A DNA stretch of 63,091 nt, counting the filler, from Pelomyxa schiedti (lineage: Eukaryota; Protista; Evosea), in assembly GCA_020536535.1 (NCBI GenBank). It is 8 parts of 8 records of this genome, joined end to end, with 100 filler letters (N's around TTAATTAATTAA, not from the genome) between each part and the next. Parts side by side here need not be neighbours in the genome. Positions count along the whole stretch, not along the records: positions 32,875 to 55,944 come from JAHLWZ010001062.1; 7 more parts are not named here. One strand, given 5' to 3'. The notes beneath the pieces are model-generated. The model did no database searches and was not told the DNA's origin. It was given only the letters and a program-made list of their open reading frames with translations. Below, piece after piece: positions 36,703-49,918 of this stretch (positions within the stretch are counted from its first letter, which is position 1; each line of letters begins with the position of its first letter). The position numbers and the translations under genes are program-made.

Positions 36703-39700
36703 CTAGGATTGGGAAGTAGCACTGAAATGCAGAAACAGAGCTGTATATAGTGGGCAGTGGTTTCTGTTTTTTGTTGGGAATTGGTTAAGAAACGTCCACA
36801 AGCTGGGAAGTGTTACAATAGTCACTGGCGAGCTGAAGAGAGTGCACTGTTTGGGTTTGGTATACGATTTGTGGTAAATGCTCCCGGAAGCCTCCAGTTT
36901 ATCCAAAATGAATTTCAACAATGTACTTCGCATTTGGAAATGAGTGGACAGGGAGTCCTGATTGGGTTGGGTAAGTGAACAAAGAAGTACAGAAATACCA
37001 AGGATATCCCTGGTTTCGTGATTATTTGCATTAAAAGGGCTTTTTGAATTGTCCCCATAAAACTTGTGCCTACAAAACCATCCAGTGAATGCCACGGTTT
37101 CTTTATTGCTGGATTTGTAACTATTTTAAAAAAAAAAAAAAAAAAAATTACGGTAGTGAATGCAAGCGCACACAGACACATAGTGAAAATCTTCCCATCC
37201 AGGGTTTATGAAAACTAATTCCTCATTCAGGGCACTTTGTAAGCACTTCTCAAAACAAGGCATAGTCTCATATTTTTTCTATTGAAGCTGGTTGAATTGA
37301 AGAACGAAAAATAAACTACACACATGTAACTGGTGGCATGCAATGCCCTCTGGACCGGAGTTATTTATATCAGCAAACAGCTCATTAAGTAGACCAAGAG
37401 AGTTATCTTTTTGAATGAGGCGCCGTACTGTTGAGAGGGCCTGGACAAGTGCCGTTTGCTGTGGAAGTTCTTAAGCGTTGAGCAGAGAGTTAAGTAACGT
37501 AACGATCAATCCTTGTTTGGGAATGTCTTCAATTACTGCGGTCTCATTGGACAGAGGTTCTGCGTCAACTACAGGTTTGGCCATTTCTGGAGCAGTTTTA
37601 TTTTTAGATAACTTCTGTTGCATGTATGTAAGTTTCATGGCTTCATAGACCAGAGAATCCTCTGCGGCTTGTAGATCCTCTTGAGTGCTGGGAACTATTT
37701 GAGAGAGCAGTTGCGGTTGACTTGATTCACTCATAGTGGGAGACAACTGCGTTGAGACTATGTCGGTGCCTTTAGGATCTGAGTTCAATTCCATGTGTTC
37801 CTGAGGGAGTTGAGAAATGTCGATTGTGCCTTCCGTTGCCACAAATGAAGAAGACCCAGGTATTACAAGTGGTGGACTGATGTTAGACTCGGCACGTGTA
37901 TCCACTTGGTCTTGTGCAATTCGAGCTTGTGCTCCAAGATTCTGATCAATGCCTTGGGGAACACTGCTTGACTTGGCCGTGCTCTCCTCACTGGCCCAGA
38001 AAGAGCACAATGGTGAATTAGCAGTTAGCGGCACATCAAGTGTCAATTGATAGCCTGTGGTGCATAAATGAAAGAGAAGTAACACTAAAACAATACTGAA
38101 ATTGGGGAAGGCCTTGCGGCAGACAGGATTAAAGATGAATGTTCGGGCAGTTCTAAAGGGGACACGTGTAGCCTTGGATAAAAACTCTACAGATTTCACT
38201 ACTTCTGCAGGAGCAGGCTTGGTGCTTGTTTGCGCAACAGGCGCCGGTGTTGCTATCTGGGATAGCATGTGTGATGATAATGTTGCCTAAGAAAAAGAAG
38301 ATGAGATTGGAGGATGATTCCAAGACAATACTTTCATGGAGGCTGCCAAGTGCAGAACTTCCCAGACAGACCCCGCTGAGACATTCGACGCAAAAGACAC
38401 AACGCCTTGGGGTACTAAGGTACGGCGAAACTCCTCAATTTCCGTGTTGGTGCCTTTTGGGAGCTCATCTTGGAAAAAGGCTGCAACCATTCTGAGTTTT
38501 CGTTAGTTTATCATCTATTTTTCCTCTAGAAACACACTTTTTAGTGAGTTTGAATGCCCTACTTTCTTGCTCTAACCTCGCTTTCGTGATAATTCCAGAA
38601 CTGAAAGAACTTGTAAACATGGTTTAAAGCACATTCAGGATCACCTGCACATAAACATTTTTCCTGCCCTAATTTCTTGGTCCGTGTATTTTCTCAACAT
38701 CGTCAAGCCGGTATAGCTATCAAACTTGGAGCCTGGTGTACCAACTACTATCTGTAATGTGTTAGGTTCTGTGGCTGAAGGAAAAGCTGGGTTTGACATA
38801 CCATGACAAGATCCAGAAGTGATGTTGGGAATCCAGGATTAGGGGGAGGAGAAAAAGGTTCTGATGGAACAGATACATGAAACTTCGAGAAAAACGTCTC
38901 AGGATTGCTTGGTAGGGGGAAACTTTAGACGAGATGAATATGAAATCCTGACAAGGTAAAGATACAGTTTATTCTGACCTAAAATTGACAGTTTGACTGG
39001 AGTTTTCCCGACGACTTGACGCAATTTTCTTTGACCAGGATATTGGAAGTTGTGAAACAGACATGGGTTGGTGGCATCTTGCGGCAATTGCAGTCAGCAA
39101 GGTCTGTTGAATTGACTGGTTCTTGATGATCCTCTGTTGGGAGGTCAGATTTATTTGAGGTATTGCTTAGATACAAGGAACCGCTGAGCCAAACGCCGAG
39201 GTGGTTTGTCCAATTGTCTTCCAAGTTTTTCCCACAGTGCAACAGGAAGATTCACAGTAAGCTTTCCCTCGTTCTGCATTGATTGAGATTGTGATTAGAT
39301 CACACCCACTCAAATAAACCCAACTTGCTCGGCACAATAAATTGCTACTCCTTTGAGGAGATCGAGATCTTCAGTTGGCTTCCAGAGGTAACGTGGGACG
39401 CCTCCTACTTTCTTTTTCTTATCTGTTTTTTTTGGTTTCTTATGTTTGGAACTGAGAAACTCTTCTGCGAGTGCTTCTAGCTCTTCAGTGGTTCCTGCCA
39501 GAACAAGTTTATACTAATACAGATGTGTTGGATGAACGTACTTGGTTGATCACCTTGCTCAGCCAAGTGCTTAATCCACTTTTTTTGTCTCTGTCTATGC
39601 AAAGATGTTTGATAACTGAGAACCTAGAGGAAACGGGTTGATTAAATCACGAACAAATCTTGTCCCACAACAACCTGTGATGGAAGAATACCACATTCCC

Positions 39701-42700
39701 TGGCAAGTAATTGATGGTCGACTGCCTCGTTCTGTAGCGATCTTTGTAAGAATAATCGTTGGGGCCGACTGAGAGGTCCTTTTTTATTCTTCCTTCAAAA
39801 CCTTAGCCAGATACAGATATAACAAACATACCAGCAATTCAAATCTCGGAGCTCTTCCAGCGGGGCTGGAAGTGTCGAAGAAATTTGGTCCTTTGCCTTA
39901 CAGTTAGGTGGAGTCGGATGCAATTTTCGGGATCTTACATCTCCTTTGGGTTGCATTACGCAATACATGCTAAAAAATTCAAGATCGGACCAGAATTTCA
40001 GTACATTGGCGGTACTAGTGAACTGGTATTTCTTTCTTTCATTTGTTGTAGAATCAAGCAAGGCTGTGATATGTCATTTCATTGTGATAAACAGGGGCAA
40101 ACCTGTCTCAACAGAAATTGAAATTAGATCTACATCTGCCTAAAGGAACGATTAATGACTAAAAATTGAGAGGGAGTAAAATTACTTACAGCTTCCCTGC
40201 AAATGAGACCAAGCTTTGTCAGTATAATAAACAGTTTATTCAACTTTGTGAAGTATCTCCTTTTGTCGAAAATCTGGGTCCTGTGAAAGGATTGACAATC
40301 AAATTAAGGGGAAGTGAAGTGACTTTATTTCCGTGGGAACATCCTTCATTTTCCAATGTTTTGGTGTCTCTTCCAACTTTGCACAGGAAAGTGAATAGCC
40401 AATGATTTGAAGGAATAGTTCAAGTGTCATACTGAGCAAAAAGTCAACCCCCCGAAAAAGGTGATTGTTTTGTTCCATACTTATCAAGAAGAGTAGAGAT
40501 GCGAAAACAGAAATTGAGTGCAGGAGGTTCCTATGTGGGATTATAAACTGGAAGACAATATTTAAAAGAGAGTACATCTGAGCTATTTGGTATGACATAA
40601 GTGTTCCACAAGAAAATATGAAGTAACTTGGAGCGGATGAGTATAGCACTTACAAATCCATATTTCCATAACATGATAGCTTTGGGCTAGTACAATTAAA
40701 GAAAACGGAGTTTTGTTCATTCCGCACTTCTTCCTCATGCTGGATAACCACACGTTCAATCTCTGTGCACTGGATAGTTTCGATGGCCTCGTCTTTCTTT
40801 GCTCCAATACGTGTCAGTGACTCACAGTACTTATCTACCGCCCCCCGAATTTCTCTACACTTTGGATCGGTAGATGGCTCAGTAAGTAAAGTTAGAGTGC
40901 GTGAACTGCCAGTCAAGGTAGGAACCCTAGGGAGAAAGTTAAATGCAACAAAACATGGAGAGGTGCCATACACTGTGCTTATTCTTACTACTTTGTTTTG
41001 GGAAACAAGAATGTTTACCAATCTCTCAACAGTTTTTTTATCAATGCCCAACTGTTTACTAATTGCTTGCAGTACAGCGACTTTATGGGTTGCCACTTCA
41101 TTCATAATCCACTGTTGAACAAGAAACGTGAGTAACCAATGAAGGTATGCTATGTGTCTACCTCTAAGCGCTTCAATCGGTTGAAGGTCGTTGTTTTATC
41201 TGTTTCAGCTAGTTCTTCATTCATATCTGTTGGTGCGGTAGAAGGCTCTGTTGAAACAGGAGAATTAGCTGTGCTGGTAGGATTTGGCTGAATGTCCTGG
41301 GTTGAAGTATTTGAGTCAGCACATGGTTCAGTTGGTGGTGTGGCAGTTATCAAAGGAGTGACATCACTCGACGCAGTTTTTACTGGTTTTGGAGAAGATG
41401 CTCTTGTACTTGTGCGTGGGCGCTTGGCAGGGGTGGGTGCTGGGGATTTTTGGGGTGTTGCTGTATGAGAGTCTTTACGTTTACCAGTGGTTGTAGATAA
41501 CTCCCTCCCTTTTATAACTTCTTGAAGAATGTGAGAATCAGGATTTGCCTCACGGTACTTATCAAACTGTTCAGTTGTAAACACTCTGGGTGCATGGTCT
41601 TTTAAATATCCCAAGAAAATAATGAATAAACCTTAAAGACAATGTCCGCCCAACTGTCTCAGGAACAGCAATTACCTGTTGATTATTTTTCTTCATGTCA
41701 ACAAACAACCTCTCAAGCATTTTTGGTGGGACTTGCAGTAGTTTTCGGATGTCCTTTCTAAATTAGAAAACATAAAAGTGTTTGCACTATACTGTTTGCA
41801 GAATTCCTTTTGGGTGTTCTCTGATCAGCTTCATTACCTGCTGGCCAAGAGGCATCTCTTCTACCATATTCATATCTTTAGCATCCTCACCAATATCTTC
41901 TTCCTGGGAAGAAAGCTTGGAATTTGTAGAAGCCGCTGTTGCAGTTGTATCACTCTCATTTTTCACTAACCGGTAACATCCTGACTCCTTTGCGTTCCCC
42001 CAGGTAAGGTGAACATATTGCATGCCAAGATTTGGTTGGATGCATCGCTCACGTAGCCACCTTGACAACCTCTTTTCCTTTCTGCCAAATTCTACCCGCT
42101 TTGATGAGATGGAAAGGTTAGTAACAGTTAGGAGTTGCCTACTCACCAAATAAGATGCAACATCTTTCGAGAGTAATGTCCCATCAGCCGTGCTGTGCAA
42201 CAAATCCAGCACTGCACAAATAATTACAAAATTAATGGTACTGGAAATAGAAACCTCTCTGAAGTGCTAAAGCGTGATCTTCAGAGGGGCAGTTAAAGAG
42301 ACACTCCTAACAGTGGGTTTGCCCAAGTTACAGCAAAGATTAGAGACAACATATTGCAAAGGTGAGACAGAGAATCTGTATCTCCATAAGAGTACACGAC
42401 GAGTGGGCACGGCATTTACTGACGCTCGGGGACGATGTCTGTCTTAGTGTGAACTAGGTTACAAACTCATGTTTCCGGAGTACATAAGTCTGAATGCCTG
42501 TAATACGGAAATATTGTAGAACACCAGCCGTGCGTCCGATTTTACTTTCTACAAAGATTACGGGTGATTTCAAAGGAAGTCACAACCGAGACATACACTT
42601 GGTATATCTTTCTGTGCAACGCCATCATCCCTGCCTTTCCCTATAGTTTCCAAAATTGCATAACATTTATCACTAATAGATACATTTACCTATAAAAAAA

Positions 42701-43330
42701 GGTTCACAATCCTTCAAAGAAGGAAATAGCTTACATCCCACAGTCCTAGTACCATAGAACGCAAATTGATACTTGCCACAATCCGGAAGTTATTTTGCAA
42801 TGATTCAGCCCACTCAAGTCCGGAGGAGCTAACTGTGGCATGTGGTACAGAGTGTCGTTTTGTGGAAAGAATTCCAAGTTCACCCTTTGGGATGTGTGGC
42901 TTTTGCTGCTAAAATGCAAAATTCACCCAGGATTGTTGAAGGAAGAGAACAAGAGAGAGTTAGGTGACATTCGGAGAATAAAACAAATACCGATTCATCA
43001 ACTACAAAAAAGCTGAAATCTTTCTCACTACTGATGATGAATGACCAAATGAACTTTTTCAAGTCGTTGTCCACAACACCCCCACGTCCAAGTATTTCCC
43101 ACAACCTCACAACACTGCACCCTGATAAAATAATAAAATTAAATTAAAATACATGTGGCGCAGGTACATGAAACAAAAAAAAAAAAAAAAACGGAAAGGC
43201 ATTAGAGGGGGTCAGTGGCCCTCCCTAAATTAAAAAAAAGAAAATGGGTGTCCCGGGAGTCGATGTTGGGTACGTTACCCTCAAGCCCCTCAAGGGAAAT
43301 TTCGTCTCTGGCCGACGTGAGTCGTTCCAT
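36703..43330 (-). CDS. GTF3C1: TFIIIC B-block binding subunit (GTF3C1/Tfc3); many exons
   Basis: N-terminal DEISLEGLEG|CSVVRLW, RIVASINLR and YAILETIGKGRDDGVAQKDI, and C-terminal PWHSLDG..LLMQIITKPGI. The 3' end is approximate. Confidence 0.8.
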
Positions 43331-43568
43331 GCTTGTGTTTTCTGTTCGGCGAGGTCGCGTGTTCGACTCCCCTCCTCGGTGTTGGAATTTTGTTGATCTG
43401 ACTATCAAGTCGTGCCACAATTCTGAGCCAGAGCCGGATCTGTTCCGCGAAAGTTCGAATAACAGACATTGAACTCCTAAAGAGGCGTTGAGTCACGCCT
43501 CTGATGACGAGTAAACCCACAATTGTCGGGCCCAGTGTCAAAGCGTGCAAGAAAAGAAGTAAGAGGAC

Positions 43569-45170
43569 ATGGAGGCGTTGGTGCTCACAACCGGGGTTCT
43601 ACTGTCCTGCCAAGCTATCACGTCAAAAGTCGGGGCAAAATGGAAACCAAGTAAAATCTCTCTCTCTCACGTGCACACACGGGGTTGTGCATCGTACTTT
43701 TCCCACTTGGACCAATTGGTTGATAAGACTTGGGACTGTGGTTCAGAATCAGGATGTTGATTGTGGGTGCTATTTTGGGCATTGGGATTTTGCTATCCTG
43801 TGTGAGTTTCAGGTGCTCTCAGCTGTTTCTTTCTTTAAAAAAGTGGATTCACTGCCACATGAAATAGCAGGTTATTCACAGTCATCAAGGAAAGACAATT
43901 CAGTGACCCAATGTACCCAAATGTTTTTGACATCAAGATTGCTATGTATCCTTCCCATCTTATAGTTTGTGTTGCTCAAAACACTCTTTGCAGCTATGCC
44001 TTTATTGCTATCAATTTTGTACAAAACTATTTCCAGTCGTTACTCACCCCTCTAGCAATGAAACTTGTGGCTGCACCAGGCTCATCGGAGCGTGTGTTTG
44101 AAGAAACTTCACGAAAATATTTATATTTATTGCATGCAGAGCTCAAACAGAACGCATCAAAGATAACGGCATCATTGTGGAAGGCAGTGTATCACATCAT
44201 CAGCGTCGGTGCCGCCTTTGTACTCTTTTCTAGAGCAGAGTGGTTCATGCTTTCTCCGAAGTGCATCCTTGGACCATCCGAGTGCGTCACCGCAATGTGG
44301 AAGCAATATCCGCATTCTCCTCACTGCCCCTACTTGAAGGAATTCTTCCTTGGGCAGGTAAGACATATGTGACCTTAAGTTGACCGTACCAAACTTTATT
44401 ACTAGTTGGGTTACTACTTCCATGGTATATTTATGACATTTACAATGCCCAAACAAAGAAACTTTTTGGAAATGGCGATTCACCATTTATTTAGTGCAGC
44501 CCTTATAATGGTGATTTCGGAATAAGTGTTGCGTAGATAATCTGACAGCCTCAAGATTGCATACTTTGTACAAAATGCAGCTGCTTTTGGTGTAGAAGTG
44601 CTGGTTCTCCATGATCTTACTGATATACCCCTCTCCCGTATGTAGTCGTTAGATGTCTCTTGTCATTTTCTCATTCTTCGTAGTTCTCCGTTGTGTAATT
44701 CAAACAGAACACCGCCATGTAACAGTCATTCTCTATGTGGTAACTCTAATTATGTGGATTGCATTTCGGCTCTTTCTATTTCCTATCTACCTTGTCCTGA
44801 TGAGCTGTATATGGCCGCTAGCCTTTCCATCATCGGCCATTGGTGTGTATTCCAAAGAGTCCTTTTTTCCCAACACCACAAGTAACTCATAAAAAGGCCT
44901 CCGATGGGAAATTGCACACGGTTGGATCCCTCAAATCGGACTATTATCTCTACTGATGGGATTGCACCTCTCCTGGTTTTTCCGGCTGCTTAAAATAGCA
45001 CACAACTTCTTACTCCATGGTTCGTAACCGCCAACGGTCGTATAAAATTATTTTCTACAAACAACACCACGTATTGTCCTACTATTTGTTCACGCATTTT
45101 ACCAGATGACAAGACTCATAAGACACTCGGCCACCATGCAGATGACGACGCCGTTTCGCCAATAACGTAG
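43569..45170 (+). CDS. TLC-domain ceramide synthase (LAG1/LAC1-like); start uncertain
   Basis: KITASLWKAVYH, LGYYFHG and the Lag1p motif RNFLEMAIHH..GVEVLVLHDLTDI, then WIAFRL and LHLSWF. Confidence 0.82.
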
Positions 45171-45287
45171 CAATACATACACGTGCAATACAAATGGAGT
45201 GAAAGTAAAATTACAAAAGAAGAAGTGTGTGATTGGGTTTATTGGTTTACAAGGGGTGTGAGTGTAAATGAATGTGTTTTTCTTTGG

Positions 45288-45705
45288 TTACATAATAGAG
45301 CATTGGGGGCACCCTGATGGATTCTTGATTGGGTCCGCGAGCCTATGTTTTGGTAAATAGAAACGAAAGTAAGCGGTTTGTACTTTGTGGGGCAACTGTG
45401 TGGTGGGGATGATTAATTTTATTTGTGTTGAGTGAAACGAACCAAGGGTTAACGCCTGGAAACTCAGGAAGGAAAGGTTCATCGTTTTGTTTTGACTTGA
45501 CGTACGACATCAAACCCTAGAAGAAAAAAGTATTTCGAGGTCAAAATAACAATACTAGGCAAAAGGAAGAAGAGAGGGAGAGGAAAAAAAAGGGGGTTGG
45601 TACCTCGCACGCAACCGAGGCTTTTATGATCGCACCCGACTTTTCCAAGTCCTTTTGGAGTTTGTCGCGATCTTGAATGAGCCTATTTAGTTGTTGTTGC
45701 GACAT
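45288..45705 (-). CDS. Heterotrimeric G-protein gamma subunit, 76 aa, 3 exons (45705-45604, 45516-45443, 45342-45288)
   Basis: The spliced product MSQQQLNRLIQDRDKLQKDLEKSGAIIKASVACEGLMSYVKSKQNDEPFLPEFPGVNPWLADPIKNPSGCPQCSIM* has GGL-type KAS.AC..L, EPFL and NPW motifs and ends in a CaaX box (CSIM). The exons total 231 nt with GT-AG borders. Confidence 0.9.
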
Positions 45706-46151
45706 CTAGTCCCGGTGACGTAGGGTTCCAAAATACGTCAAACTAAACACCATTGGTTGGTTGTTGGATTTAATGACAAGATCTAACGACGCGACTGACG
45801 ACGGTGAAGCCGTTGCCGCGGCGATGGGAACTACCTTCACACTCTACCCGATCGTCTTGATTTTTTGTGTTTTTATGGTTTTTTTCCTGCTTTCCTTTGT
45901 TTTCTGTGTTTGTTTTATACACAGTTGTAATTTTCTTTCTCTGAACTGAGGTTATCGATATTGGCAGATCGTGTGCTTCAGGCACATCTCTGAACACTTG
46001 TTCCTAGATCCGTGCACCGCTGCTGCGTGGTTTTTTAAGCCTGTCTTGTGAAGTAGGTGCGACCCGCTGACAGTCCCCCAGTGAGATCTGATAATTACTA
46101 ATTCATCGCAGTTGCTCGCGGATATTGAGCCAAGCTTTTGATCGGATCGAC

Positions 46152-49100
46152 ATGCGGCTCGACTACACGGTACCGTAACAGCGACACGTTGCTGGGTTTT
46201 TGTTGTGTGGATCTGGGTTTTTTTTTTTTATGCTTGGGTTCTTATTTTTTATGTAAATATGTTGTGATACAAAACTAGTTTTCTAACTTGTACGGGACTG
46301 TGCACCGCAACGGAAACGTGGTTTTTTCACCTGATGGAAATTCCGTGTTTTGCCCCACGAGTAACCGGGTGAACGTTTTCAACCTCATTGGGTAAATTCC
46401 TTCTAGCTTGGTGTTCGTTTCAATTCTTCACCTTTTCACACACACCCAAGGAATAAGTCATCCTCATTGATGCTCCAGGCGCGTATGAATGTCAAGCGTG
46501 TTGAATTGACCCCAGATGGACGGGGACTCCTATGCATTGAAAACGGGGGTAAGGCTGCATTCTGCTCTGCCAACGCGGGAGTTGTTTTGGCAACTTTCAA
46601 TTTTCATCAACAAGTCTTTTGCGTGAAATTCAGCCCAGATGGCAGGCGTGTTACAGCCCAAATAAGTTTAAATTAACCAGTAAAAGATTTTTTGCAGTTG
46701 GGCACTATCAAGTAGTCGACATTTACAAAACACCTGACTTCAAAAAAACCATTGACCCTTTCCAAAGAGTTTTGAGGTTTCAACTTCTTCACTGCGCATT
46801 TTGTTTTTTAATTCCATCGCAGATTCCGAGTACACCATGACAATGTAAAATCCCTCTGCTGGAGTCATGATTCCAAGTACTTCACAATGTCAACATAAAA
46901 AGTAATAGCGTGTTAGGTACCTATTGTCATGCAGTAAAGACCACACCGTTAAACTTTTGTCGATAATTATGGCTTTCAGTGGTGGGCGGTTTTTACCCCA
47001 TGTCTTTTCAGGGTTCACAGCCCACCCCATTTCTGCTTTTTTTGGTCCCGATGGTGTAACGGTACTTTTTAAATGGAAAAAATAAGGTTTTTCGCTAACC
47101 CCATTCCAGGTGTATGTTGTGACAGCAAATGGAATTGTCACAACTTGGAGGTACCATCCTTTTGTAGAAGGTGAATTTGTAATGTCTCCGCACTTCCTCT
47201 CACTTGTTCCACAGGTTCTGATCCACATGATGTCAAGATGGAAACCTGTCGATTTATGCCTGACAAAGGACACTGGATAAGAACCTCCTCTCAGTCCCCT
47301 TTCCCACCAAAAACGAGGGCTACATGTTGCTCCTATAACTCCCAAGCTCACCTTCTCGTTATTGGACGACACGTAAAAAAAAACAAACAAAAACCTCCTT
47401 CACCACTCACCCACATGATAGGATGGAGTATTCAGTATATTCGAAATGCCATCTCTTAACTTATGCCATACTTTGTCTGTTTCGAAATTTCCTGTATGGA
47501 CTTCCTGTCTTACGTTGTCTCACTCTTGAAGATCTCGAGTATAGCACTCAATGTCAGTGGTGACTGGCTTGCAGTAGGAATTAAGGCTGCGGACCAAATT
47601 TTAGTTTGGGAATGGCAGTCAGAAACTTGTGAGCAGTTCATCAATATGGGAATGGCTCTAATAATTTTAACCCACACTATCAGATGTATTGAAGCAGCAA
47701 GGCCATTCTCTTCAAATAAACTGTGCTGGGTATTCCCAAAACGGGCAACTAATAGCAAGCGGTAGTGACGACGGAAAACTTAAAGTAGCCTTTCCTTTTC
47801 TGTTAGCGAAACTCATGCATACATAGTTGTGGAACACTTCATCTGGTTTCTGTTTTGTTACCTTTACAGAGCACACAGGCCCAATTTCGTCCCTATGTTT
47901 TGTTCCGAACGGTTTTGCTGGTACCTACCCTCGGCTGTTGATTTCGTCTAATTTATCATCCAGTTGTCACCGCGAGCTATGATGGGTCTGTTAGGGCATT
48001 CGATCTCATGCGCTACAGAAACTACCGCATTTTACTTCCGCCAGCCCCAAATCAATTAGCCAGTGTTGCAGTAGATTCAAGTGGCGAGATTGTGGCCGCT
48101 GGGTCGCTGGACACTTTTGAGATTTATGTGTGGAGTCTGCAAACATCGAAGCTACTTGATGTTCTAACAAGACACACTGGCCCTGTGTCTGGTTTGGCCT
48201 TCTCTCCGACATCTCCTCTTCTCGCCTCGGTACACTCCCAACTGTATTACATGCCCACAAGAGCTAGGCCTAATTAAAGAAAAGTGTTCGTGGGATAAGA
48301 CTGCAGTCTTGTGGACTATCCTTGAAGGACGACCGCACCGGGAGGGACTTCTACACAAAGCCGAGTGCACGACTTGTGTCTTTAGTCCAAACGGGGAAGA
48401 ACTTGCTGTAGCCACCGAGGATGGCCAGATTTCTTTCTGGGATACCGCTGATGGGTATTTGCTTTAAGTCGCCTTCAATATTTTTTAATCTTTATTTTCA
48501 GTGATCAACTGCGGTCCATAGAAGGGAAAAACGATTTTGGGCAAACATCAAAAGCTGTCACTCACGCTTTCACAACGTTCCTTCCTTCTAATTTCTTCTT
48601 CAAAGAGTCTAACGGTAGCTAGGCTTTGCTACACAGCAGACGGCCAGTGCCTACTTGCTGGTGGCAAGTCGCGTTATGTTATGTTATATCATGCGGAACA
48701 GTGCACGCTATTGAAAAGGTTTTTGTTTCTTTTTCTGCTATCCTAATAACAATTAACCTCAGATTTTCTTATACTGACAACCATACCCTCGAGGGAGTTT
48801 ACAACTTTTGGGAGAAACAGGAAGAAGAATTGGATGTTACAGATTCTGATGATTCTGATATAGACCCCGAAAATTCGAGTCGAAGGTAACTCTCCCTTGC
48901 ACAAAAAGATATGTTTAATGCCCTGAAGTTTACCTGGAGCAACGCGTGGAGATCTGAGTTCCCGGCAGAAGAAGTTGGTTACGCGGTTAGAGTTCTTTTC
49001 TTAGTTTTCTTGCTCCTTATTCTTGGTTTCATTTCGCACAGCTGCTTCAGTGTATGCTCAGCCCCAACAGGCCACAGTTGGGCAGCCGCCACAACAGAGG

Positions 49101-49821
49101 GAATTGTAGTGTTTTCTCTTAATCAAGATAATGTGTTTGATCCAACCGATCTCGGCTTGGACGTTACCCCAGACTCTGTCACCACTCTTTTAGGGCAAAA
49201 GGAATATCTAAAAGCTCTCATTGTATGCCAGAAAAGGAACAATTTTCTTTCTAACTCCTAAACAGATGAGCTTGCGGCTTAACATACGAGAACACATATT
49301 ACAAGTGTTTGAATCCACTCCTCCATCGTGCATAGAAATGCTTGCAAGGGAGTTTCCAGTTTCATTCCTAATAAGGTGTGGTTTCAAATCGTGCATACCA
49401 ATGCACCTCACCCAAAGTATGAAGAATCTTCGAGTTCATTGGCACTGAGGCCGAACAGTCTCCCAAAGTAGAGTTTTACCTCTGGTGGTGCACAGCACTA
49501 CTCTCTGCCCACACCGAATACATACACAAGAACAGCGCCGCCTTCTCCAGCGTCCTACGCATACTCCACAAAGGAGTATCCAAACAATACACCAACCTCT
49601 CAGACCTCTGCTCCTCCAACAAGTACAACATGCAGTACGTCTCGGCACGCTGCCACTCCCTCCCATCACCAGACCAGCCACTCCCAGAAGCACCAAAACC
49701 CACCAGGACAACAACAGAAGCAGAGAGCACCACAACCACCAAAGCAAAACGCGGAGGCAGAGGCGGAGCCAGGGGAAGAGGGAGAGGAGGCAGAGGGAGA
49801 GGTATCAGAGGAAGAGCATAA
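46152..49821 (+). CDS. PWP2: Periodic tryptophan protein 2 (UTP1), WD40 SSU processome subunit; multi-exon
   Basis: FSNLYGTVHRNGNVVFSPDGNS, ILVWEWQSE..LKQQGH, SGFCFVTFTEH, VRAFDLMRYRNYR and WAAATTEG..FDPTDL, with an RGG tail. Confidence 0.95.
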
Positions 49822-49918
49822 TAACGCTTACTTACTTATCATGAAGATAAGTTTGTTTGGCGTTGTGTTCTTTTTTTTTTTTTGGTGGGTTGAGGTTGTT
49901 TGAGGTCCAGCCGGGCAA

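Noticed and set aside
45964-45995. U6 snRNA 5' stem resemblance (GTGCTTCAGGCACAT)
   Set aside because: No ACAGAGA box or AGC triad follows.
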